DNA of 62,365 bases, filler included, from Aduncisulcus paluster (taxonomy: Eukaryota): the NCBI GenBank assembly GCA_024181965.1. It is 8 parts of 8 records of this genome, joined end to end, with 100 filler letters (N's around TTAATTAATTAA, not from the genome) between each part and the next. Parts side by side here need not be neighbours in the genome. Positions count along the whole stretch, not along the records: positions 13,982 to 30,315 come from BQXS01011472.1; positions 30,416 to 32,980 come from BQXS01011473.1; 6 more parts are not named here. One strand, written 5' to 3'. A model generated the notes under the pieces. The model worked only from the letters and a program-made list of their open reading frames with translations. It was not told the DNA's origin and did no database searches. Position 1 is the first letter of the stretch. Each line of letters begins with the position of its first letter. Positions 24,401 through 33,080 of this stretch are shown here, piece by piece. The position numbers and the translations under genes are program-made.

Positions 24401-27214
24401 TACTCTGAATTGACAAGTTTAAGTGCATTCTCACAATGTAACCTTGATTCATTGAAGATGGATGGAGTATCTCTTGATGATATAACGATTGTTGAGTCCT
24501 TTACAGAACTGGTAACCCTTGAGATGAGTTATGTCTCGATATTCGACGATGATACTGATATTAATGATCCTCAAGTTCATTCTCTTTCTTCAACTGATCT
24601 TTCTCTGATTGAATGGAATGTTTTCGAAAGCCTTTCATATCTTGTTGCCTCCAACAATAATATCGACTCCTTATTATGGTTGGTTTACCCATATGTCACA
24701 GAATTCCATTCTCTGGATCTCTCCTATAATTCTATTAGAGATCCGACTCCTTTGTATTTGTTAGGAACCTCTCTATGCATTGCTGATCTTAGTTATAACT
24801 ATATCTGTGGATCTGACACATCTGAGTCGTATACTTATTTCTCCTCTCATTTCCTTGATGTTGAGTGCCTTGAGACAGAGTATATTTTTAGCGATCAGTT
24901 TGAATGTCCATGCTCCTCTTCTTCTTTCTCGTTTGAGTCCAATCTTGTTTGTTCCGTTGGGTGGATTGATGAATCAGAATCCAGTGTATATCTCGCCTCA
25001 TGTTCTGCATATTCATACAAAGTCATGGACAGTTCCACCGATGTTGGGTTTGTATGTGTAGAATTTGGCTCTGATGACGACGAGTCAGGGGATCCTGAGA
25101 TTGTTGAGGAATGTCTCTTGCAATGCTCCACCCAAGGTCACTTTGAATGTGTTGATATCATGTCATACTCTACATTGTCGACTTCTGTGTCTGTCGAGTG
25201 TGTATGTGACGAGGGATGGTATGGCGAAGAGTGTTCCCGTGAATGTCCAGTTGTGATCAGTGATGTTGATAGTCTTGAGTATCTGTGTGGTGCTATTGAT
25301 GACTCTGTGACTCAAGGTTCATGCAATCTCTCCTCCCATTCGTGCGAGTGTACCCTTGGATGGGGTAGTGATAATTGTTCTGAAGACCAGTGTGCTATGA
25401 CATCTGAAGAAGGAGTCTGCAATAATCATGGAACCTGTTACCAACTCTCCTCGTCATCTTCCTATTGTAGCTGTGAACAAGGGTACGGTGGGGACTCGTG
25501 TGTTGATAAGACCTGTGACGATTCGAGTGGAGAGTTTTGTTCAGGCGTTGGTATCTGTGAGAAGGATTCATATGGAGAATACCATTGCTCTGCTTGTGAC
25601 TCTGCTTATACTCTTAATTACGATGCTTCTGACTGCCTTCCTATGTGTTCCCCTGTTTCATACTGCGGGGACTATGGTACATGTGTTGGATCAAATGAGT
25701 GTGTGTGTGACGATGGATACAGCAACAATCCAGAGGATGCGTCAGCTCCCTGCAGCATTTATACGTGTGGAGACGATGCGTCTAACCCCTGTTCTGGCAG
25801 TGACCATGGTATCTGTACTCGAATAAGTTTTACCGAGCACGAATGTTCCTGTAACCTTGGATGGAATGGTGATTCTTGTGAACTTGAAGGCTGTCCCATG
25901 ATAGATGATGGCTCAGGTTCCTTTATCTCGTCCTGTGGTGACCATGGCTCGTGTGTCATGAGTGAACTCGATGGAACAAGCGCCTGTGAATGTGAGATTG
26001 GCTGGGAACTTGGATTGGAATCTCTCATGTGCGATTCTATGAAAGGAACATGTGTTGATGATGCCTCATGCAGTGACCAAGGAATATGTTCGTTAGATTC
26101 TGATCTTGAGGAATGGAATTGTGAGTGTTTCTCAGGTTGGGGTGGAGAGTCATGCTCAATCGATGAGTGTTCTGCCACCTGTGATACCCTCCATTCAACT
26201 GGATGTGAAGACATTCTTGGCGATGGATCTCTTTCCTGTGCTTGTAAACAAGGGTGGATTGGCGAGATGTGTTCAATTAGTGATTGTGATTGCCACGGCA
26301 AAGGTGAATGTGTAGATGATAGTTCTAATCCTGGAGCTTCAATCTGCGAATGCATTGGTGGTTGGTCTGGTAACACATGTGATGCTATTCAAAATGATTA
26401 TGATTCAATCTGTTTTGATACCTTCTGTGTTCCTTTCACAACTTGGACCAGTCTATTTCCACTCGTTCCTTCCAGAAGTTCTTCAAACATTATCAGGGGC
26501 CATGGAATCTCAATTTTCTCTTCTTCCACCCATCCAATCGATTATTCTTACATGTCTTTCCCCTTTGTTGAAGCTGTACTTGATCCTCTTCTTACAGAGT
26601 TTCTCGAGGAAGGAAGTCAGGTTATAGCCGATGGATCTGTTTTTTCACTCGAATCTGATGAATGTCAGATCATCTTTTGCTCAGATTCTATTACTAGCAT
26701 CTCTGAAGATACCCAATCAATCATTTCTCTCGATCAGGTAATGTGCAAAACATTCTCTCTCTCTGAATGCTCATTTGAATCCAATTCTGTCGAGCTTAAG
26801 AGTTTTACTCACTCAGCAATGAGTGTTATTCATGGGGTTAACAAGCGAAACTGTCAAGATACTGCTTGTGATGTGACTTTCCCCGTGTTCTCTTCCATTG
26901 ATCACTCCTCTGTGCGTCTTTTCCCCCAATACGCTCTCCCTGAATGTAATAGTTCTTCTCATCTTCTTGTTATCAGAATATTTGGAGATTCTCTTGCCCA
27001 ATGCATTAGAATTGAAGATGGCGAAGATGACAGTGTTTATTACGAGTGGTCAAGGATGGAATCTACGGGATTATTTGACATGGGAGATAATTATTCTTCA
27101 GAAATCACGTCTTCAAGTTCATCCAGAGTTGGAAACATCGCTCAGCAAGAGTTTTACTTGAAATCGTATGAAATTGCTCTTTTATGCAGAGGATTGCGTG
27201 CTGTTCTCGAATGA
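18470..27214 (+). CDS. Giant (~2914 aa) secreted LRR + EGF-repeat protein
   Basis: Signal peptide MISLNQFTFLFSILSLFILFHSIAA. About five LRR blocks (DLTGLEY/DLTGIEH...DLSNNNISDPSPL) separated by Cys-rich/EGF units, then a tandem EGF array (CNNHGTC...CSCEQGYGGDSC). Intronless, no clear C-terminal TM. Confidence 0.92.
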   Translation: MISLNQFTFLFSILSLFILFHSIAACSEGYYGESCEYISITDSCFQANICISIYEYSECDILETDANSLTSLSMAEGSCSISSVDGIEHFSNLNEIVVSNFTDSLEFLSTLPNLDYLVFSSIDYSQDFSFLSSLTISSVQFDDYSVNSASLSAIFVYLPSTITYIGLNFTFGVENLSFLSELSSPGTVQTFRILSAYQVVDYSPINILTNLSELFISGASNYVGFDTHLVDIFANISSSLTSLSLIAIPTTLDLSTFTSCYLESFVGISVSFLNGDASPLANCTSLTKLSIESDDLDLSTLNVDNLYSLETLSIRASDDNSSGFTADYLYLLPNFQELYLDTVEIASSFYQWFRISPDIFPALVSIDISGTDIESLDGFTMVTSDSFPLLESVNIDHANISNPQPLIDAYLPSLRRVGLQSNYVCNDYSSPEEFSALFDQYQDGTGDFQAVVLNQRCNCGNYTWDDDGAFCMDTYFYSYDVGCDLGGIKSFSSLEDAQSHAQTFTCVESIGGNTCLTSDAYPIVIDGIGNRPSAGGCSEYHECISIAGGEPYCACIEGWYGAACDKECPVILDENDYEVMCSDDSACLQLMHTCLCPDFTTGDACQYVDFVDENLPIYLCDETLQSQSKYMGFVDNEPFECTEDGNILITDMAKLLFLNLENSNVTDLTGLLFATSLTSLMMDSINLTEDAASSIDLSEFTTMTELESLTISSSSNFSISTESILNLPASLVSLRFTNDQVGEDVDFSPLENLVLLDLADNSDFNLTLVNLLPDSLESLDVANTSFSLPIPGILPQYIRSLNLMGTPVEFPSSFDNMTQNDGSQLPNLISLSISETSISSFTGLPSTISTLTAASCPGLSLLSLTNTSALSAVVQLDLSNNNISDPSPLYFMENLENINLSQNSICGSDVSSLLLLDKFISDDIEIEVEDNLCPQCDGSTCLACLTLENTSISENKVCVETYFGSGSYQSVCASDSFVEYTSLNTFTCTQPLCDGGNSYCCAACPYGQECRFSSVSGESSCVDIIPDDDLHSSIANLLDDSDQDITNGLFSVASLKSLVSSTDEQDNVAPILDCTGSNVSDLTGIEHLQGISEVYLDECPLNASSNLSNLSVLFGLEKLSMNSIEANTELPDLSDLELLTWFDIHNSSFSIPGDAYVLPSSLLYINLNGSSIDQSGFDWNIAERLQYLLTLNIGSTVVTDISKLSLLQRQSIRVLDVSYLDLGTDSISVIESMNHLISITLDGCTNITTIPDLSESYDSLLNLSIAFNPSLTTLYPLFQYGLSNLTSIDVSSSFISDISPLFDMPALLSIAANNTAVCVGSSSPEDYYLYFVNGSETDFVLYMDPLSCNCEDSLSSIPISDFKVCSETKPGSNTWYPVCSSHSIASYTSVDTFECLAPLNTDGETYGCSGGCEYGYECRYDDETQASSSCYHVIADTNLRAHVTNLISDSHRVSSQGEYLVNAASLKHYSGTEIYFSGYELESDELVNDLTGLEYMSSLTSINMSSHSFSSCDPIKYLPSVSSLILGHNANLSDISCVCPYQSLVTLDISASPVLELPSSCSFSPFSSVTSLGISDTLIADLSVLLDDNDENNTLTRLSLASTDLYTYSGEFEAYIDISQLLSFSSIEDLDISGLELSESSLQNLLHLSLRYLTIADNLLYDISPLYQLNQSLIYLDISENNICNANSEQYSSYLPSTSIILNNQNETDCDNCTVSVTLDDGTVIHASESSDSGSISANTVCRAVWDWTETDEMTMESTLHQYWNVECNLYSYLAEDGTCISYINSVTSAPASSFPLCVEERMDHITKMCDNSAGDSTTCIDGWYGSECIDECPTDSDGFVCGNNGTCQYDSRACECDDSHQGSYCQYVLFDDSDLEAFICDNIEGLTCSVDGHMLFEDLESVTELDLSGQTDITSIGGIEYAVNLISLSLSSISLSDSTNVTELCELTSLENLDLSNSNISSIGCSIDSISTLDISYSELTSLSAFSQCNLDSLKMDGVSLDDITIVESFTELVTLEMSYVSIFDDDTDINDPQVHSLSSTDLSLIEWNVFESLSYLVASNNNIDSLLWLVYPYVTEFHSLDLSYNSIRDPTPLYLLGTSLCIADLSYNYICGSDTSESYTYFSSHFLDVECLETEYIFSDQFECPCSSSSFSFESNLVCSVGWIDESESSVYLASCSAYSYKVMDSSTDVGFVCVEFGSDDDESGDPEIVEECLLQCSTQGHFECVDIMSYSTLSTSVSVECVCDEGWYGEECSRECPVVISDVDSLEYLCGAIDDSVTQGSCNLSSHSCECTLGWGSDNCSEDQCAMTSEEGVCNNHGTCYQLSSSSSYCSCEQGYGGDSCVDKTCDDSSGEFCSGVGICEKDSYGEYHCSACDSAYTLNYDASDCLPMCSPVSYCGDYGTCVGSNECVCDDGYSNNPEDASAPCSIYTCGDDASNPCSGSDHGICTRISFTEHECSCNLGWNGDSCELEGCPMIDDGSGSFISSCGDHGSCVMSELDGTSACECEIGWELGLESLMCDSMKGTCVDDASCSDQGICSLDSDLEEWNCECFSGWGGESCSIDECSATCDTLHSTGCEDILGDGSLSCACKQGWIGEMCSISDCDCHGKGECVDDSSNPGASICECIGGWSGNTCDAIQNDYDSICFDTFCVPFTTWTSLFPLVPSRSSSNIIRGHGISIFSSSTHPIDYSYMSFPFVEAVLDPLLTEFLEEGSQVIADGSVFSLESDECQIIFCSDSITSISEDTQSIISLDQVMCKTFSLSECSFESNSVELKSFTHSAMSVIHGVNKRNCQDTACDVTFPVFSSIDHSSVRLFPQYALPECNSSSHLLVIRIFGDSLAQCIRIEDGEDDSVYYEWSRMESTGLFDMGDNYSSEITSSSSSRVGNIAQQEFYLKSYEIALLCRGLRAVLE

Positions 27215-28016
27215 TTATTCAATTACAAATCAAATCAATTTTTTTAAGTTTTTGGTTTATTCTTTTTTCTTGATGATATTTTATTTTATTTTTTAATGCG
27301 TTTTTATTGATTTTGATTCATTTTTTCGCAGACTTATTTTGTTCTGACCTTTTTGTTTCTAGTTCCCTCGCTAGTTTTTAATCATTTTCAGCTTTTGGTA
27401 ACAACTATTATTTTAATATAATGATTATTGTCATAAATTATGACTCATAATGATAATATAAGGTTATATAATTCCAAGATCTACTATAAGTTATAGTCTA
27501 TAACAGTTAACTCATCAATAAATCAGATGTCGACTCTTCTTTTTTCGACTACTGGCCAGGCCATAAATTAGATGCTCATGCTCTTTCCACACCCTTTGGT
27601 TATGAGCCTTCTTCTTGTCATTTCGACAATGATATGGGGTTATTTCGATGAATTTCAACTATTCGCCTCGAAATATTTTGTTTTCATCTGAAATGGTCAT
27701 TTATATTTGTAAAAATAATGCTAAAATCGAAGAATATTTCACTTTCGTTTCATTCATTTCTAAAAATAGAAATTCTAAAAATAGAATTGTATTTTCAAAA
27801 ATCCATCTATAACGGGTAAATTGGTGTCTAAACTGCTGTAATGTTTGGTATTGTCTCTTTATTAGAATAGAACATCTCTTGTATAAAATAGATGGAGAAG
27901 ATTTCTGTTGTTCCGATGGAAATGATCGAAATAATTGACCATTCTTCTCAATAAATCCAACAATCAAGGAGAGAATCCCAAACTATCCTCATTTCTGAAG
28001 ACTCTCCAGTGGAGAG

Positions 28017-28536
28017 GTATTCTTGTTCTAAAGTAGTCTCCTCAGCTTCAGAAAGATCCCTTCGATCAGTGATTCAACATCATGTTGAACATGAATTAAG
28101 ATGCTTTTATTGTTGTGAATAGGGCCAAAGAATGGTCAAAAAAAAGAGATACTCATTCGAAAAGTCGTGAAGGCAGTGACCATCATCAGAATGTTTCAAT
28201 GGCAGAAGAGAGATTCGTTCAGCAGCCAATAATTTCTATTGGCAGAGAAAAAACAAGGGAGAAAAGNNNNNNNNNNNNNNNNNNNNGGTATTCTTGTTCT
28301 AAAGTAGTCTCCTCAGCTTCAGAAAGATCCCTTCGATCAGTGATTCAACATCATGTTGAACATGAATTAAGATGCTTTTATTGTTGTGAATAGGGCCAAA
28401 GAATGGTCAAAAAAAAGAGATACTCATTCGAAAAGTCGTGAAGGCAGTGACCATCATCAGAATGTTTCAATGGCAGAAGAGAGATTCGTTCAGCAGCCAA
28501 TAATTTCTATTGGCAGAGAAAAAACAAGGGAGAAAA
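28017..28536. repeat. Identical ~250-bp duplication flanking a 20-N gap (28267-28286); scaffolding artefact
   Basis: 28017-28266 is repeated at 28287-28536. Confidence 0.88.
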
Positions 28537-28553
28537 GCCACAATATCCTTGGA

Positions 28554-29648
28554 TTATTCCCATGGAAGGAGCGATAATCGTTCAATTATTTCACTTTCTT
28601 CGGGGATTGTAAATACAAGGGAGTAGATATTGAAATATCGACTGTGCTTCTCTCTCCAAGTTCCTTTCCCTTCAATCTCACACAACACGACATTATCAAA
28701 ATCAATAGGAAGGAAGTGCCATTCAAATTCATGCTTAGGTTTTGTGAATTCATACTTCTTGGATGTCTTCTTACCATCACAATCAGTGAAAGTGAAGAGA
28801 AGAGAGGGTGAACTCCAAAACTCATCCACACATATATAAGCACCTTTCATTGGACTAGGTAATGGCAAAGGGATGGAAAGATGGGATAAGTATACATAAT
28901 CTTCCCCTTTTAACATTCTTTGTGCTTCTGAACTCTTATCATACTCCTTAGATTCCTTACTATACGCATCATTCTTGCACTTAACCATTGAGAATGAAGG
29001 AGCTATAAGCTGTAGATCATCTCGTGGAATGGGAATAGAATCTCTACCTTCAGATTCTTCATCTCCTTCCTTAACAAACTCTGCTTTCACAACTGGAGAG
29101 TCAGACCATAGTTTCTCTCTGGCTTCACGAGCTTTGATTTCTTCAGAGATTTCTTCTCTGCAAATGAAAACAAGGTAGGGGATTTCAAAATACTCTTCCT
29201 TTCTCCCTTTCCCTGTAATCTCACACAGAACAACATCAGGGAGATCAACAGGAAGGAAATACCAATACCAACCTTCAAATTCAGGAAATTCGTATTTCTT
29301 GGATGTTTTCTCACCCTTTGAAGACGTAAGAGTGAATATAAGATATTCTGGAGGATCCCAATCACCATTCAGACAGATATATGCCCCTTTCATTTGAGAA
29401 GATGAGGAGAAAGGAATGGAGATATGGGTAAAAATTCCATCATTATACTCTCCTTTCATCATCTTTTGTGCATTAACACTTTGATCGTAATATTGACCAT
29501 CTTCTTCCTGGGTTTCATTGATTCCTGTGATACTAGGGATTTCTGAACTCTTAATATTCGGGGCATCTCCAGGAATTGGACAGCAATTGTTATCTCCTTC
29601 ATGAATAAACTCTGGTTTTACAATTTGTATATCGGTCGAAGAACTCAT
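28554..29648 (-). CDS. Lineage-specific protein with two tandem ~165-aa beta-rich domains
   Basis: Both halves carry VKxEFxxEGD...AQxMxKGE...H(I/L)SIP...MKGAYIC...KTSKKYEF...WxFLP(V/I)DxxxVVLCEIxGKG. Start MSSSTDIQ at 29648. Confidence 0.8.
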   Translation of the reverse strand: MSSSTDIQIVKPEFIHEGDNNCCPIPGDAPNIKSSEIPSITGINETQEEDGQYYDQSVNAQKMMKGEYNDGIFTHISIPFSSSSQMKGAYICLNGDWDPPEYLIFTLTSSKGEKTSKKYEFPEFEGWYWYFLPVDLPDVVLCEITGKGRKEEYFEIPYLVFICREEISEEIKAREAREKLWSDSPVVKAEFVKEGDEESEGRDSIPIPRDDLQLIAPSFSMVKCKNDAYSKESKEYDKSSEAQRMLKGEDYVYLSHLSIPLPLPSPMKGAYICVDEFWSSPSLLFTFTDCDGKKTSKKYEFTKPKHEFEWHFLPIDFDNVVLCEIEGKGTWREKHSRYFNIYSLVFTIPEESEIIERLSLLPWE

Positions 29649-30315
29649 TGACAATGGAAAAGAGTCGGGATCTAAGAAAAAATAAAACAAAAATTTAATT
29701 ACAATACAGTGAATATAATTGCATGACATTGCATAAAATATGTCTTAACGTGCATTTAATAAAATATATGACATACAGTAAATCTTGAATTGCTTGCAAC
29801 GAAGGAAAAGCAGAAGACGAAAACACAAAGTCGCGAATGACAACCTCAGGAAGCAATATCATACAATATATAAATAAATTTATGTGATCATTTTTCTTTC
29901 TATCATATATTGCATGCCATCCTTGTGAGTCCACTCCTGACACGAAATCGTTTCATAACTTCGACATTTGTTTACATAGTGGATTATAAGGTGACAAAAT
30001 ATGCTGATAAGTTACAGTTGAAATCCATGAATATTGTGAATATATCATCGACTTCTTGGCAGAGAAGCTATTCTTCTGGTTTTCTTTGCTTCTCGAATCG
30101 TTCTCACTCTTCTCTGCTCTCTGCTCGATTGATAATAACTAATTCAGTTTATTATTTGTTTATTTTTTGTTTATTATTTGTTTTCTTTCGCTTTTAATTC
30201 CTTACCAAGATGTCTTCGAAAGGAATTAACAAGTTAGATCACAACTTCTTGTTCGAATCATTGGTGATCTATGACCCACCGCCCATCCAAAGTGATCGTT
30301 AACTCGTTCAGCCCA

Positions 30316-30415
30316 NNNNNNNNNNNNNNNNNNNNNNNNNNNNNNNNNNNNNNNNNNNNTTAATTAATTAANNNNNNNNNNNNNNNNNNNNNNNNNNNNN
30401 NNNNNNNNNNNNNNN
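30316..30415. other. Artificial contig linker
   Basis: N44-TTAATTAATTAA-N44. Confidence 0.97.
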
Positions 30416-31426
30416 CTCGTCGAATATGATAAGATGCAACTCACTGTCGTCTCCTTTCTCAGCCTGCTCTTCCTCGGCATCCTTGAAGAGCTCTCGAATA
30501 TTCTCCTCGGACTGTCCTACATACTTGTTCAAAATGGAGGGACCGTTCACAACCTTAGGCTCCTTCGTGTGCAGCATCTTTCCAATCTGACGGGCAAGAA
30601 GAGTCTTTCCAGTTCCTGGAGGTCCATATAAAAGCATTCCACGAACATGCTCAACTCCCATCTTCTTCACCATGTCGGGAGGGAACACACGAGAGGCAAA
30701 CACACGTCTAAAAATAGTTTTAAACTCATCAGAAAGACCACCGATGCCAAGATCCTCAATGGAGAAGTTGGGGTCGAATAAGGTAGCCTGGTGACCAGTG
30801 GCCATGGCTGAACCTTTGAGTTTGATTGAAGAACCTTCTTTTTTCTTCAGATGAATGATTGTGGTGTTCGATATTTGACCATTAACTATCATTGAATAGT
30901 AATCTTCTTTAACATCCTCTTCTTCTTCTTCTTTACGGGTCTGAATGACATCAGAAGAACCTTTCATGGAAGTATCAGCACTAATTACACTCTCTAAATG
31001 TGTTAATGAGGTTGGTTGAAGGATTAATCGAGTTCCATTGAATTCGATTGGAATGCGTTGACTAATTGATATAATATGCTTATCCATGGTTTCTTTGATA
31101 TGGAGAATTAGTCCGTCTGCATCAATTTCACAGTCTCTTGTCTTGGAGGAGAAGGGAGAGACAGTTATTGAGACCACAGACAACATACTTGATGTAGCAG
31201 GATCATATGGTTTCACATCGAGCTCTTGATCAAAAACGGCCCTAAGCATATTACGTTGTTCAACATTGAGACCAACAAAACCTGGTTTTACCCTCTTTGA
31301 AACTGCAGCGACAAATACGAATCCATCGATCACTACATATTCAGAAAAAAGATCAGATTCTGCAACATACACATTATTAAGAAAAGCTAATGATGAAGAT
31401 GGGCATTTAGCCACTTTGAGAATCAT
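30416..31426 (-). CDS. NSF: Vesicle-fusing ATPase NSF/Sec18, 3' truncated
   Basis: N domain followed by LGIGGLSDEFKTIFRRVFASRVFPP...HVRGMLLYGPPGTGKTLLARQIGKML...PKVVNGPSILNKYVGQSEENIR...LHLIIFDE. Confidence 0.96.
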
Positions 31427-31740
31427 GGTGTTGCAACAAAGCAGGGGAATTCGGAAACAATATGCTCAGTGTCGAATATCCGATGTCAGATTGTCAAAAC
31501 AAAAACAAAATATTTTAAATACGCTTTAATATTTATTTTTATTCGAAGAAATATCATAAATTATTTGGTTCCGCAAGATAATTTATAAAAGTGGAATACC
31601 CTGATCCGGCGTTGATTGGAATATATCAATTTTAAATTCATTTATTCTAAGTATTTTTGAAAAGGATATTTGAAAATGAGTCCCGAACAAATCCATCTTC
31701 TTCGAGTGAAAATAAAATCTTCGATTTGGTCGCTGAAACA

Positions 31741-32574
31741 ATGTATGGAAGCTATGGAAGCATGGGAGGAATGAGCATGGAAGGAATGGGAGGAATGGGA
31801 GGAATGGGAGGAATGGGAGGAATGGGTGGAATGGGAGGAATGGGAGGAATGGGAGGAATGGGTGGAATGGGTTCAGATCCTGCCGGTGGACATCACGACA
31901 TGCCCCCTCCTGGATCTGGAGAATCCGGAGCAAAATCTGAAGAGGAAACTTCAAGAAGAATTCTCCCATCCATGGTTAAACTTGTCCTAAAAGCTGAGCA
32001 TAGTTCCCGGACTTTCTACAAACTCGTTGGAATGATGCCCAAGAAAGCTGAGAAAACTGATAGTAATGCTCGTGTCTTTTCATTTGATGATGGCTCTGGT
32101 TTCATAAAATGCCAATATTATATCCAAAAAGAAGAAGAAGATTCATTATATCGTCCAGGTCAATATTTATCCATCATTGGGAAAGTAAGACCCGGTTCCC
32201 ATTCGTCTGACGAGGCTAGATTCTTGGTTTTAAAGATTACAAAATTGGAGGATCATAATGAACTTTCTTATCATTTCCTCGCTGTTATGAATCAATATCT
32301 CGAATCTAAGGGCTACAAATCCAAATTTACTGAGAAAGAATTCCAATATAAACCGGCACAATCATTGACAGGGGGATCCATGGAAGGACAGGCCACAATG
32401 GGTAGACAATTTCCCCAAGGACGGCCTTCCCAGCCACAAGCTCAAGGAGGAGCTTTCGGTGGTCAAGGTGGATTTGGAGGTGGTTTTGGTGGAGGTTTTG
32501 GCGGTGGTTTTGGCGGTGGTTTTGGCGGTGGTTTCGGAGGTGGTTTTGGAGCTACTCAAGGTGGCGGATACTAG
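31741..32574 (+). CDS. RPA2: RPA32/RPA2-like OB-fold ssDNA-binding protein with Gly-rich low-complexity termini
   Basis: KLVG...FSFDDGSGFIKC...GQYLSIIGKVR...ITKLEDHNELSYHFLAV resembles RPA32 DBD-D (STN1 not excluded). N-terminal (GGM)n and C-terminal (GGFG)n. Confidence 0.7.
   Translation: MYGSYGSMGGMSMEGMGGMGGMGGMGGMGGMGGMGGMGGMGGMGSDPAGGHHDMPPPGSGESGAKSEEETSRRILPSMVKLVLKAEHSSRTFYKLVGMMPKKAEKTDSNARVFSFDDGSGFIKCQYYIQKEEEDSLYRPGQYLSIIGKVRPGSHSSDEARFLVLKITKLEDHNELSYHFLAVMNQYLESKGYKSKFTEKEFQYKPAQSLTGGSMEGQATMGRQFPQGRPSQPQAQGGAFGGQGGFGGGFGGGFGGGFGGGFGGGFGGGFGATQGGGY
31783..31871 (+). repeat. 9-bp coding minisatellite (ggaatggga)n encoding GGM repeats
   Basis: About 10 copies, directly visible. 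Confidence 0.9.
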
Positions 32575-32678
32575 TGATAAAGATTCTGAATATATAAAAC
32601 TAATAAACCAATAACATTTACTCAAATTTTGTCCTTACATTTTCATTTAACGACTTTTTAAATTCATTTTAAAATGAA

Positions 32679-32980
32679 ATGTCCATTTGGTATCAATCGC
32701 AAAAAAAAATTCCAATGGAAGATGATTTATTTTCCTTCCAGTTAGGAAAAGAAGATATAGATTGGAAACTTATATCAGGAATCGATGTGCAAAAGATTAT
32801 TTCCGATAGAGATATTCCAGCTCTTAATTCAGTGCTCAAAACATTAGCTTATGGAAATGCATCTGACAAAACGGATGCGCATGATCCAATTACCAAGTTA
32901 TTATTGCTGTCCCAACTCTCAATTCAATATTTATTATTCGTTCAATATTTTTTGGTTCAAAAAGTTCAAAAACTTGAAGA
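32679..32980 (+). CDS. DZIP1/Iguana-like ciliary protein N-terminal domain, 3' truncated
   Basis: IDWKLISGIDVQKII...DIPAL...DPITKLLLLSQLSIQYLLFVQ matches the Dzip-like_N pattern (IDWR..SAIDVD.I...DP...KLFRLAQL.IEYLL.SQ). Confidence 0.75.
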
Positions 32981-33080
32981 NNNNNNNNNNNNNNNNNNNN
33001 NNNNNNNNNNNNNNNNNNNNNNNNTTAATTAATTAANNNNNNNNNNNNNNNNNNNNNNNNNNNNNNNNNNNNNNNNNNNN
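32981..33080. other. Artificial contig linker
   Basis: N44-TTAATTAATTAA-N44. Confidence 0.97.

Noticed and set aside
8601-26627. Many short antisense and alternate-frame ORFs overlapping LRR/EGF genes
   Set aside because: Shadow ORFs caused by Ser/Asp-rich codon bias; no independent motifs.
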